A stretch of DNA of 58,346 nt from an uncultured virus (IMG/VR IMGVR_UViG_3300044639_001309) (IMGVR_UViG_3300044639_001309:62001-120346), one strand, 5' to 3'. Positions 27,935 to 36,853 are shown, numbered from the stretch's first letter. Made by a program: numbers and translations. The notes: generated by a model from the letters alone, not told the origin.

Positions 27935-28312
27935 ATGGGTGATAATATCTTTACAAAATTGACTGAAAAGTATCCGTTTATAACTCTGTGCTTGTATGCA
28001 GGGACGGAATACGTGGGAATTATACAAAATCGAGATGACGCGATTACAACAATCTACGACTTTGGTGATGTTACTGACCCTGAACTAAAAAAGCTGTTTA
28101 TTGAGTTGGCCAATGATTGGTGGTGGGAAAGTAACCACAGTATACCTATTAACATATACTTAAAAGCAGAGTGGACTCCATTTAAGCCATATTTAAGAAC
28201 TTTTGCCAACAAAGACCTTGAAATATTACACGGACCTGTTTGCAGTTTAAGTGATATCACTCGCAGAAAAAGTAAACGTAAATCAATTACACTAGTCAGA
28301 AAGATTGATTAA
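27935..28312 (+). CDS. conserved hypothetical phage protein
   Basis: EYVGIIQN, WWWESN motifs; divergent from 27913; start uncertain (27914 or 27935). Confidence 0.75.
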   Translation: MGDNIFTKLTEKYPFITLCLYAGTEYVGIIQNRDDAITTIYDFGDVTDPELKKLFIELANDWWWESNHSIPINIYLKAEWTPFKPYLRTFANKDLEILHGPVCSLSDITRRKSKRKSITLVRKID

Positions 28313-28891
28313 TTTTTCAAGTTGATCTGCTTCGTGTAGCAAATTCATGTGTAGGGCAACTAACACAGCATAGCTAATTGCATGTGATTTTTTAAACGTG
28401 TACCCGCGACTATCATCTCCGTCCCACACACCAGCAAAGACTGTGTTCCAATCTTTATTTTGTAAGTGTGCTTTTCCTGGCCTAATAATACTGATAAACG
28501 CAGCCATCCTAGCTATTGAATCTGGTTGCATCGACTTTAACAATTCTGTATAGTTTCCGACGTGTACCAACCGAGAAGCCCATGCGTTATCTGTCCATAG
28601 TCTTGTCCATGGAGGTGCAGTTTTGATCATTTGATCATAATGTTCAGGACTTTTAACCAACTGATAAACACTCATGTTTAAAAAGTCTATCTTAAAGTAA
28701 CCACGTTGTTCGGCTTCTTCATAGTCTATGGCAGCACACTGATTCACTGGATCGAATGGAATATCAGTAACGTAAACACCACTGTTGTGTCGACGCACTT
28801 GTTCATTAACTGATTGTCGTGCAGGAATGTGCTTTACTAATTTTAATACTGTTTCTCTGTCAGCAAAGTCAATGTCGATATCTGCGCTCAT
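28292..28891 (-). CDS. minimal DnaE-like (family C) DNA polymerase catalytic core, 199 aa
   Basis: DIDID, HNSGVYV, FKIDFL, IRPG and GYTFKKSHAISYA in DnaE order; TAATG coupling. Confidence 0.8.
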   Translation of the reverse strand: MSADIDIDFADRETVLKLVKHIPARQSVNEQVRRHNSGVYVTDIPFDPVNQCAAIDYEEAEQRGYFKIDFLNMSVYQLVKSPEHYDQMIKTAPPWTRLWTDNAWASRLVHVGNYTELLKSMQPDSIARMAAFISIIRPGKAHLQNKDWNTVFAGVWDGDDSRGYTFKKSHAISYAVLVALHMNLLHEADQLEKLINLSD

Positions 28892-29565
28892 TACCATCCT
28901 GCCTTTGATAAAATGTCCTTGGCGTATTCTTGATCTGCCATATAATCTTTAAATTTTTGTTGCCATACATCTGCGTCAATGTATGACCATATCATTGCAA
29001 TTTGTTTTTCATCAAGTCCGTTTAAGAACTCCCGGCCACTGTCACAGTTGTAAATTACCCAGGGACTGATCTTGCCAGTAGTAATTGCATGACAAATTAT
29101 ATTAGTGTTACCGTATCTTAGATAATCTTTTGATGCATGACCATTCTTCTCTTCCCAGTCAATACTATGTTCAATAGACCTGGCCAATGCATCATTAACA
29201 GACTCAATTTTAAGATACCATAACAGGTATTCTGTGTAGATAGTATCCTTGCACCAATAATCAAGTTTTTTATTTTGTTTAACCACCCATTCGGTGAACC
29301 TTGCAGGATTGATTGCTCGAATATCTACACAGTATCTGCCAAACTTAGCAAATGCTCGATAATACGAACTATCAGCAAAGTCATCAAATGTTTTTAATTT
29401 AGCTGACCCTTGTGTGACTTCGTAGAATTTTAAATATGCTTGAAATCCCAGTTGGACTCCACGTTCATTCTGATCTTGTCTACGTTTCTTTTGTTCACAG
29501 ACGTGTACTGCCAAACTACTTTCTCTAGAAAAGTCTTTTTTACAATACTGGCATTGGTATGTCAT
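28891..29565 (-). CDS. protein with N-terminal C2H2/C2HC-type zinc finger
   Basis: YQCQYCKKDFSRESSLAVHVC. Confidence 0.75.
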   Translation of the reverse strand: MTYQCQYCKKDFSRESSLAVHVCEQKKRRQDQNERGVQLGFQAYLKFYEVTQGSAKLKTFDDFADSSYYRAFAKFGRYCVDIRAINPARFTEWVVKQNKKLDYWCKDTIYTEYLLWYLKIESVNDALARSIEHSIDWEEKNGHASKDYLRYGNTNIICHAITTGKISPWVIYNCDSGREFLNGLDEKQIAMIWSYIDADVWQQKFKDYMADQEYAKDILSKAGW

Positions 29566-30005
29566 TTTTCCTGACCGTGATCTTTAACGTATTCATCTAG
29601 TTCTTTTTTAGTAATTAACTTACTAAGCAATTCTATCTCGTCCATTTTTTTGGTTGGATATAATTCTGCCAACTGCTTCTTAATACTTCCAGCACCTGCT
29701 TCTTTTTTCTTTGGAGCAATCCAAGGATGTCGTGGTGTTCCTAGGTCAGGACTAATAGCAGTGGCACACAACCACTGAAGTTTGGGATGTTTGTTTATAG
29801 CAAAAAAATGTTTGTTTAAGTAATGATTACAACTACGCACATAGTATGCTTGTATCTCACTGCTATCCTCAACACTACTACCCCAACGTATCATAAGATA
29901 GTTGCTGAACTTTTTTAATTCTTCCGGAGTTAAACTATCATAGAAATTACGATTCTTGGTATCAAGCTGGCGCATTTCATTATTGATGTTTAGTTTATCT
30001 GACAT
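29562..30005 (-). CDS. putative clamp loader small subunit (gp62-like)
   Basis: NYLMIRW..., KLQW, HPWI.PKKK pattern recalled from gp62 family; remote similarity. Confidence 0.5.
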   Translation of the reverse strand: MSDKLNINNEMRQLDTKNRNFYDSLTPEELKKFSNYLMIRWGSSVEDSSEIQAYYVRSCNHYLNKHFFAINKHPKLQWLCATAISPDLGTPRHPWIAPKKKEAGAGSIKKQLAELYPTKKMDEIELLSKLITKKELDEYVKDHGQEK

Positions 30006-30198
30006 TACCAATTGCCTTTGACAATATATTAATATGGTTTTTCATACGGCCATGCTCTCGATGAATACGTTCAATTTCGCTGGCCTGTTGTTTGAGTTTT
30101 TCTTCTAGTTCTGCGATCCGAGTGTCAATGGGGTTGATTTCTTTTTTTAGAATAACCGGCACTCGTGGTCTGTCTGATTCGTCTTTGTATTGTTCCAT
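29995..30198 (-). CDS. small coiled-coil protein
   Basis: 67 aa with heptad pattern. Confidence 0.65.
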   Translation of the reverse strand: MEQYKDESDRPRVPVILKKEINPIDTRIAELEEKLKQQASEIERIHREHGRMKNHINILSKAIGNVR

Positions 30199-30402
30199 TT
30201 AATAAAACCTATTAATAAATTTTTGGTACACTGGAGAAATCCACCGAATGGTTACAAAAGCAATTGGCCAAGCTGTTATCCAATGTATTGCCCATAGTAT
30301 TGCTTCTAAGTGAAAGTAGTCTTGGTGCATGTGAGTAACTGTGAATGTAATCATTCCGGTTGCAGTTAAACTTGTTAATAATTGTAATATCAACAGTTTC
30401 AT
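30199..30402 (-). CDS. small membrane protein (DUF2798-like)
   Basis: Two hydrophobic helices, WITAWPIAF motif. Confidence 0.6.
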   Translation of the reverse strand: MKLLILQLLTSLTATGMITFTVTHMHQDYFHLEAILWAIHWITAWPIAFVTIRWISPVYQKFINRFY

Positions 30403-30903
30403 TTACCAAGCTTTGTTGTAGTCAACAATTTCACAGTTGCGACTAACATCCTTTACAAAATATATGCACTCAGGATTTTCTCCATCCTGAATTGGAACTG
30501 CTAGCATTTGCCCATTCTTGAGTTTAGGCGCATACCAAGCAACTTCGTGGTAAACATCAATGATTTCAATATCAGGAAAACTAGGTCTAAAACTGGTCAG
30601 TGGGTTAAACTGGAAGGCTTTGAAGCCACGATCATTAATAGACGTCAGAGGCAGTACCTCGAGGTCTCCTATGTCGGGTTCTCCAATTAAAATTTGCCAA
30701 TCAACTGGCATACGAATTTGATTTTCACCAATACGTAATACCAGTGCTGGACTATTAAAACTTTCCAAAAAGATCAAAGGAATATAATGATAATCTGGGT
30801 TTGATGGATCGCTGTTATCTAGTATTGCAAAACGCATGTCATCGACTTCGTCAGGCAATGTGTCTAAATCGTAGCAGGCATTATCTAGTGTTAGTATTCT
30901 CAT
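30403..30903 (-). CDS. conserved hypothetical phage protein
   Basis: MRILTLDN, PLIFLESFNSPA, WYAPKLK; promoter immediately upstream. Confidence 0.8.
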   Translation of the reverse strand: MRILTLDNACYDLDTLPDEVDDMRFAILDNSDPSNPDYHYIPLIFLESFNSPALVLRIGENQIRMPVDWQILIGEPDIGDLEVLPLTSINDRGFKAFQFNPLTSFRPSFPDIEIIDVYHEVAWYAPKLKNGQMLAVPIQDGENPECIYFVKDVSRNCEIVDYNKAW

Positions 30904-30910
30904 AGTAAGT

Positions 30911-30938
30911 ATTATACAGTATTATTGCAGAAAGTCAA
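30911..30938 (-). promoter_or_regulatory. sigma70 promoter TTGACT-N16-TATAAT, 7 nt before ATG (probably leaderless)
   Basis: Plus strand attata 30911-30916, agtcaa 30933-30938. Confidence 0.7.
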
Positions 30939-30941
30939 CAG

Positions 30942-32408
30942 TTACTTGATGGTCATCCATTCTAATTTTTCAGCAGAGAATGGGTAGTTGGCTTCTTTGT
31001 AAAACTGTTTTCGTTTGGTCATGTGCCGCTTTGCAAATTTGCAGGTACTGGTTATGTCCCAAATTTGAACATGGTCTTTATCTTCTGCTTTTCTAATGCC
31101 CCTACCAATTGATTGGATAACCCTTACAAAACTTTTTCCGGGCTCAATCAGCACCAAGTTAAAGATTCGTGGTATATTAATACCAACCGCCGCCACCCCG
31201 TAAGTGGCAACAATAATTTTGCCTGTTGATTCTGCAATTTCATCATAGTGTTCTTGCCTTTTTGTACCTTTGGTTGCGCCCGAAACAAATACTGCTTTGT
31301 CCCCAAGACGATCGGCCAGTGATTGTCCTGCACTGATACGGTCAACCAGAACCAATGTGTTACCAGTCTCGTTGACCTGTTTAACTAAGCTGGCAATTGT
31401 ATCTAGCCTGCCTGATTCTTCTAGTAGGTATTTTAACTCACTTTGGTAATTGCTGTATTCAACATGATCAACTAGCTGTACAATGTTCACATGACATTGT
31501 GCCAGCACACCCCTGTCTTGCAATTCACTGGCGGCCAACTTACTAATAACTGGTCCAAGGCTAACATGCAATGCTTCAAATTCAAATCGTTCCTTGGGAA
31601 CTGTACCGGTTAATCCCCACCGAATTGGCACTTCAGACATAACACTGGTCAACAACGTTTTTAGTGCATCTGCTTTGGCCATGTGTACTTCATCTACAAT
31701 AACGCACACCACACCCTCAATGAAATCCCCAATGCTAACTTCTGCTTCGCCGGACTTGGTGTTCTTCATCATGTTGTTTAGACTCTGCCAGGTACAGATT
31801 GTGTGTGTCTTGTTATACTCTTTTCGGTCTCCAAAATATACTCCAACGTCAAGTCCAAGATTAATGTAATCTTTTTCTGTTTGTCTCACTAGGTCTTTGT
31901 TGGGAACAATGATAATACTACGTCCGTATTGTTGTATGCTGTAACTCATAGCCGCAGTCATAATTGTCTTGCCTGCGCCTGTGGCCACTTCTTGTATGCA
32001 TTGTGGGTTTTGTAAAAAGTTGTTGACTATCTCTACCTGATAGTCACGCAACATAATTGGTTGGCCTTCCATCGGATGATTCTTGGGCCAATTTGTTTCA
32101 GCAAAGGTATCTTCCTTGACTAGCGTAAAATCAAAGGTGGTACGATATTCGCGCAAATCCTCTACGTCAATGTCGTAGTTGTAGTCTTCTAGGATGGGAA
32201 TGATCTCAGGCAGTAGATTTACATAGGTACTGCCACCTAGTTGGAAGAAGCTGACCTTACCATCCCATCTGCCCAGTCTTACCGCTGGTAGATATCGTGC
32301 ATAAGGAACATCAAACTTGAATTTATTTACTAAGGCACGCCTAGCAGTTAAATCAAGTCCTTCAATCTTTAAATTTACTTCGTCTCTGATTATTAATTTA
32401 GCCTGCAT
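30942..32408 (-). CDS. uvsW: SF2 DNA helicase UvsW
   Basis: WDGK, LRDYQ, ATGAGKT, DEVH, GLTGT, QSIGRGIR. Confidence 0.93.
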   Translation of the reverse strand: MQAKLIIRDEVNLKIEGLDLTARRALVNKFKFDVPYARYLPAVRLGRWDGKVSFFQLGGSTYVNLLPEIIPILEDYNYDIDVEDLREYRTTFDFTLVKEDTFAETNWPKNHPMEGQPIMLRDYQVEIVNNFLQNPQCIQEVATGAGKTIMTAAMSYSIQQYGRSIIIVPNKDLVRQTEKDYINLGLDVGVYFGDRKEYNKTHTICTWQSLNNMMKNTKSGEAEVSIGDFIEGVVCVIVDEVHMAKADALKTLLTSVMSEVPIRWGLTGTVPKERFEFEALHVSLGPVISKLAASELQDRGVLAQCHVNIVQLVDHVEYSNYQSELKYLLEESGRLDTIASLVKQVNETGNTLVLVDRISAGQSLADRLGDKAVFVSGATKGTKRQEHYDEIAESTGKIIVATYGVAAVGINIPRIFNLVLIEPGKSFVRVIQSIGRGIRKAEDKDHVQIWDITSTCKFAKRHMTKRKQFYKEANYPFSAEKLEWMTIK

Positions 32409-32958
32409 AGTTTTGTAGTTTCAGCCATTCTTGGTAAAAGTTATTATCCAGTTCAGGTGATTCTACATAGTTAGCAAGATCCTCAACGGCATACCCCGAT
32501 AGTATGCGTTCAAGTGTAACAATCTTTTTTGTATGTGTCTTTACCATATTAGAGTAGTCTATTAATGTTTTTGCATATCCTGCAACGTCATTTGCACCGC
32601 AAAACTGTTGCATCTCTTCCCACACATTTGGTCTGTGCAACTGTTTAAATCTTTCTGCGGCCCACAATGCTGTGTCAAATTTATTTACAGTAACAGTAAT
32701 AAAATCTTGACCAGCACTAACATGATAGGTTAAATCATGACTGGGTAAGCTATTATACACTAAACTAATGTTTTGTACATACTGAGTTTTTTCTAAATCA
32801 TTTAAAAAGGTGTGAGGTTTATTTAGACGACATCTTTCTGCAGGCATCCTAACTGCTGTTTTTGATAATTTGCAGTTGGTGGAATCTATTATGGCCGCTA
32901 ACACATGACCGCAAGTTCCTCCTGTGTAACAAATAATGTTCACGGACAATACTCCCAA
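32398..32958 (-). CDS. hypothetical P-loop/sulfotransferase-like protein
   Basis: CYTGGTCGH N-terminal loop; AT-rich insert. Confidence 0.55.
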   Translation of the reverse strand: MGVLSVNIICYTGGTCGHVLAAIIDSTNCKLSKTAVRMPAERCRLNKPHTFLNDLEKTQYVQNISLVYNSLPSHDLTYHVSAGQDFITVTVNKFDTALWAAERFKQLHRPNVWEEMQQFCGANDVAGYAKTLIDYSNMVKTHTKKIVTLERILSGYAVEDLANYVESPELDNNFYQEWLKLQNYAG

Positions 32959-33605
32959 TGTATTTTAACATTGCCATTGATCATATCATCAACCTCAGGT
33001 AGCCAGGTGTAATCAACAAGAGTGTCATTTATTTTAATCAGATCATAATTGACCCACAACAACTTAAATCCGTATTGTTCCATACTTAACAACCAGGCTT
33101 GCAGTAATATGCTAAAATTGTGTTTTAATCGATTATGAAAAATAAAGATATCCCTAAAAGAGAAAAATATTTGTGTGCCTGGCTTAAAGAACCTAGTTTG
33201 GAATTGCCAATACTCGGTATACTCATCAAATGTTTTCCACCTTAGTCTTATGGTGTTGTTAACAATAAAATTGTCAGCTTGGTTGTACAAATGTTTAACA
33301 GAATCTTCTCCTGTGTCAATAACGGCCTTTGGATACCAGGACAGTACCAAAGGTACTAGTTCGATTACTGTTAAATTGTCAATTGCAGGGTCAAGATAAT
33401 ATCCAGCACCATCATATGTAATAGTCTTACCTGGACTCAGATGATCAATGATGTACTTGTCGTAGTTGTCAAGTATGATTTCTTTTGAATGACGATTTCT
33501 TACAAAATAGTTATGTTTAGGTTTGCTAAATTTCCATCTTGTGTAACTGGTTCTAAAGTCTGTTCTTAGAACTGCGTCTGCATATTTTCCAATTACTTTC
33601 GACAT
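32940..33605 (-). CDS. hypothetical protein (possible degenerate methyltransferase fold)
   Basis: 221-aa ORF coupled to neighbours. Confidence 0.6.
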   Translation of the reverse strand: MSKVIGKYADAVLRTDFRTSYTRWKFSKPKHNYFVRNRHSKEIILDNYDKYIIDHLSPGKTITYDGAGYYLDPAIDNLTVIELVPLVLSWYPKAVIDTGEDSVKHLYNQADNFIVNNTIRLRWKTFDEYTEYWQFQTRFFKPGTQIFFSFRDIFIFHNRLKHNFSILLQAWLLSMEQYGFKLLWVNYDLIKINDTLVDYTWLPEVDDMINGNVKIHWEYCP

Positions 33606-34123
33606 AATAATAACTCACATGATGGCACTACCCAGGTAAAACAACTACCGTCTTCGACAAATATTTCGCTACGATTTAATACAACAGTATCTCGAAGATT
33701 GTTTTCTAACCATTTAACAATAGCTGTATCAAAATGCTCAGGTAACCCTGGGTCAACAAATGTTTCTGCGGCATTTAAATAATAACGGTTTAAACAAAAG
33801 TAAATCCTAGGACATAAATCCAATAACAAATTTAGTTCTGTAATCATATTTTTTACTGTGAGCCTGCTAAATCGTTGGTCAGTGATGACAACTAGTTCAG
33901 CGTCACCTGGTGATACCAGTTGAACATTGTGTTTATCAAAAAACTTATCCAATATTTTATTATCTTTGAGTACATGAACTTTGCTGATACCATTGTTAAT
34001 GATATAATCCTCAATGTTCTTTTCCCTGCGAATTTTGCACTCCTCTGCAAATAGTCGTAGCTGTAGTCTTCCCCAATTTGGGTGTCGCCATACTTTAGGA
34101 TGTTTTTCAAACGTAATATTCAT
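33593..34123 (-). CDS. hypothetical protein
   Basis: 176 aa; TAAATA 9 nt upstream. Confidence 0.65.
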   Translation of the reverse strand: MNITFEKHPKVWRHPNWGRLQLRLFAEECKIRREKNIEDYIINNGISKVHVLKDNKILDKFFDKHNVQLVSPGDAELVVITDQRFSRLTVKNMITELNLLLDLCPRIYFCLNRYYLNAAETFVDPGLPEHFDTAIVKWLENNLRDTVVLNRSEIFVEDGSCFTWVVPSCELLLCRK

Positions 34124-34160
34124 AAGATTTTGTATTTACGGCACTCGTCAACACATACAA

Positions 34161-34191
34161 ATAAAAAAAGAGGTACCCTAAGGTACCCCTT
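34161..34191 (-). terminator. intrinsic terminator of the AAA ATPase transcript
   Basis: Minus strand AGGGGUACC-UUAG-GGUACCUCU followed by UUUUUUAU. Confidence 0.9.
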
Positions 34192-34194
34192 AAA

Positions 34195-34230
34195 CGGATC
34201 ATCTAGGAGCTAGACTAAAATGATGATCCG
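34195..34230 (-). ncRNA. candidate 3'UTR antisense RNA element; hairpin loop complementary to early-gene RBS
   Basis: CGGAUCAUC-[AUUUUAGUCUAGCUCCUA]-GAUGAUCCG; loop is the reverse complement of AGGAGCUAGACUAAAAU. Confidence 0.55.
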
Positions 34231-34247
34231 GTAACCTTACCTGCTAA

Positions 34248-35279
34248 TTAGGCACTCTTCATACATGTTGTCTCGCTCATGCGCTTCCAGTTGTTAGGAA
34301 AGCTCTTGCGCAAGTCTGCAATCTTCAGCGCCATACGCAGACTTACCTCACGCAGGCGTTCTTTGTTGACATGCATAAAGTCAATAATGTCATCTTGTGC
34401 ATACTCGTTAAAGTCGTAGTCTGCAAACAACACACCATCTTTGGCAATCTGTTTGATGCGCAACAGTTTGTCACGCATGGTGTCCAGGGTCAAGTCCAGA
34501 TAGTGGCAACGACTTTGCAATGCGTCCAAGTGATCCCGCAATTTTTGCGATTTCATTTGGTCAAACTTTAAGTTTGTAATAAAGATAACACTACCTTTAA
34601 ACTCAAAACGGTCTGGGATACCTTCACGACGCAAAGCACTAGACTCTGACAGCCATGAAATAGTACGCTTCTTGCCGGAGTCCAGGGCACCCTTGAGCAA
34701 GTTAAGAGCAACGTCATCTAACAAGATGCTGTCACAGTCGTCAAAAACAACTACGCAATTGGCGTCACTAAATTTGTAAAGTGTTTGATACAAACCAATT
34801 GGAGTGGCACTACCTTTAACTACCTCGGCACGAAGTCGTTTGCTAGCCAATTTGTCAAACAAGCAGGCCTTGTCAATTTCTTGCTCCACACCAAAGCTTT
34901 TGCCTACGCCGGGTGGGCCGCTCACAATCATAGCACGGATATCGCCGCTGACACAGGCTTTGGTCATGTCGTGCAGGATATCAAATCGCTCACGAATACG
35001 ATCCATTGCTTGCTCTTCGGTTTCCACCGGAGCAGTATGTTTAAATTCTACTACCTTAGTTTCTTTTACACTGGGCATGTTATCTCCAACAATTTCTATA
35101 TCTTGAATGCTATCAACTTTGATGCGTACCACATTGTGTTCTGCGCCAAAGTAGCCATTGCTTTCTACTGTCACAAAGCCACCTCGAGCGCCTTGTGTGT
35201 AGTCTTTAACTAGTGTAAAAGTAACACCACGAACAGTTTGTTTGCGGTAGTTACCGCTACGAACGAGTACTTGCGTCAT
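34248..35279 (-). CDS. phage AAA+ ATPase (early)
   Basis: GPPGVGKS Walker A, VVVFDDCD Walker B, IFITN sensor 1, ALQSR Arg finger. Confidence 0.88.
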   Translation of the reverse strand: MTQVLVRSGNYRKQTVRGVTFTLVKDYTQGARGGFVTVESNGYFGAEHNVVRIKVDSIQDIEIVGDNMPSVKETKVVEFKHTAPVETEEQAMDRIRERFDILHDMTKACVSGDIRAMIVSGPPGVGKSFGVEQEIDKACLFDKLASKRLRAEVVKGSATPIGLYQTLYKFSDANCVVVFDDCDSILLDDVALNLLKGALDSGKKRTISWLSESSALRREGIPDRFEFKGSVIFITNLKFDQMKSQKLRDHLDALQSRCHYLDLTLDTMRDKLLRIKQIAKDGVLFADYDFNEYAQDDIIDFMHVNKERLREVSLRMALKIADLRKSFPNNWKRMSETTCMKSA

Positions 35280-35312
35280 TGATCTGGCTCCTGTTTTGTT
35301 AAGTTATGCTAT

Positions 35313-35341
35313 ATTATAGCAAACTGTGAATTACCGGTCAA
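35313..35341 (-). promoter_or_regulatory. early sigma70 promoter TTGACC-N17-TATAAT
   Basis: TTGACC GGTAATTCACAGTTTGC TATAAT. Confidence 0.9.
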
Positions 35342-35404
35342 CTGTTAGTTGATCTTGTTGCAAACAATACAAAACTTGTATTCCTTGCTACTTATTATTG
35401 TATA

Positions 35405-35433
35405 ATTATAGCAAAACCCTATTTAATGGTCAA
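35405..35433 (-). promoter_or_regulatory. second tandem early promoter TTGACC-N17-TATAAT
   Basis: TTGACC ATTAAATAGGGTTTTGC TATAAT. Confidence 0.88.
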
Positions 35434-35492
35434 CCAGGATTTTTTGCCTATTTTTTAAGCAGTTTTTGGGTGTTGTTTTTGTGCAACAAAAG

Positions 35493-35517
35493 AAAAACCC
35501 TACTAGTAGTAGGGTTT
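35493..35517 (-). terminator. intrinsic terminator
   Basis: aaaccctact-agt-agtagggttt hairpin with U-rich tail on the minus strand. Confidence 0.8.
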
Positions 35518-35546
35518 GATAAGAAAACTGCTTAATTTTTAAGCAT

Positions 35547-36113
35547 TTATTCAATAGGCAATGCCCTAACAACTTTCTGTGTGCAAGTCAATGTGCTTTC
35601 GTTAGTAATTAAATATTGCCATCTACCAACTTGTGCAGGGTCAGTTGGATTTTTATCAGGAACCGCTACTCCGTTAATCTGAACGTTTTCTCTTCCATCG
35701 GTGACATTATAATCTACTGGTACATAATTATCCACAGATGCAGTTACAAAGGTTCTTCCTGGATCATCAGCACTAAAAATTGGTCCAGCAGGAATAGAGT
35801 CGGGATTGTTTCTGTCTGGTAAACGACTTGGATCTACTGTGTATACGTCGCCGCCGTAATTAGCAGTAATTCTGCCGTAGAATAAATCACCACCGGTCAC
35901 AGTTAAAGTCAAAGGAATGTCACCATATACAGAAGTGTCTGCTTCAAATGTAAACAGTTCTGATAGGCCTTCGTTATTATTCCCAGGGGTTGCTCCTGTT
36001 GATGCAGAAACAGCGCCTGTAAACACTGGTTGATTGTTAAAATTTAAACTCACTGTTACAGGACCACCTGTAGTGAATGCTTTGCCATAAAACTTAAATG
36101 TGCGTGTAGCCAT
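35547..36113 (-). CDS. putative virion structural protein
   Basis: TATAAATA late promoter, GGAG RBS, own terminator; beta-rich. Confidence 0.7.
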   Translation of the reverse strand: MATRTFKFYGKAFTTGGPVTVSLNFNNQPVFTGAVSASTGATPGNNNEGLSELFTFEADTSVYGDIPLTLTVTGGDLFYGRITANYGGDVYTVDPSRLPDRNNPDSIPAGPIFSADDPGRTFVTASVDNYVPVDYNVTDGRENVQINGVAVPDKNPTDPAQVGRWQYLITNESTLTCTQKVVRALPIE

Positions 36114-36133
36114 TGTGTTATCTCCAATTATAG

Positions 36134-36853
36134 TTATTTATACTTGATCCAGAACTTCTGCACAACCGGGTCAGTAATTTCATGAGGTTTGGGATTTCCG
36201 TGAAAAATAGCAATACGTGTTGTGGGGTCTAACAATGTGCCTGCGCCTGGTCGACGGTATTTTCTTGTTTTAAAATCAAGTCCTCCGTCCAACAACTGCC
36301 AGCGCCAGCTTTTAATTAAATTACTGTCAAAAAACCGTATGTCTCTTGGGTTTAATATTGCGGACAAATAATCTTGGTCTCCTGGGTATTTTTTTATTAC
36401 GTCTGACAGATCTTGTGTCAAAAAATCGTTCCAGATGTAGCTAAATTTAACTGTGTCCCAAAGCATTAAACTTGAGTTAATTCCTGCCCAATCACGCCAT
36501 AGGTATTTAAAATCTTTAATTGTCCAAAAATACTTGCTACTATCGCTCCATAAACAGTCTATGTTTTCAAATATAACGGTGTCAAGATCTAGGTACAACA
36601 TTCTGCCTTGAAAATGTTCAGGGTTAAAAAGTTGTAACTTGTACCACCAACTTTGTCTAGGTCCAGAAACTCCTGGCCAATCTATTAATTCGTGTTTGAT
36701 AAAAGGTGACGGTACACCACGAGAAGCTTCTGTGTAAACATGAAACCGTACGTCCATGCTGACGTTTCTACAGATCATATGGTATAAAGTATCAACATAG
36801 GACCAGTTATATTTGTCTCCATGTATCAAACATGCACAGTCAACTGTGGTCAT
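36134..36853 (-). CDS. GT-A glycosyltransferase (GT8-like)
   Basis: WWYKL, YLDLD, INSS, GDQDYL, FHGNPKP. Confidence 0.85.
   Translation of the reverse strand: MTTVDCACLIHGDKYNWSYVDTLYHMICRNVSMDVRFHVYTEASRGVPSPFIKHELIDWPGVSGPRQSWWYKLQLFNPEHFQGRMLYLDLDTVIFENIDCLWSDSSKYFWTIKDFKYLWRDWAGINSSLMLWDTVKFSYIWNDFLTQDLSDVIKKYPGDQDYLSAILNPRDIRFFDSNLIKSWRWQLLDGGLDFKTRKYRRPGAGTLLDPTTRIAIFHGNPKPHEITDPVVQKFWIKYK

Noticed and set aside
28292..28891. Mini-DnaE as a pseudogene
   Set aside because: All key motifs are retained with internal compaction, the frame is intact and the start is coupled. It is kept as a finding.
34205..34234. Plus-strand AGGAG + ATG ATG ATC CGG TAA mini-ORF, or a CsrA-type GGA loop
   Set aside because: No plus-strand promoter is seen and the adjacent terminator is oriented for the minus strand. 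The antisense interpretation fits better, though this is not fully excluded.
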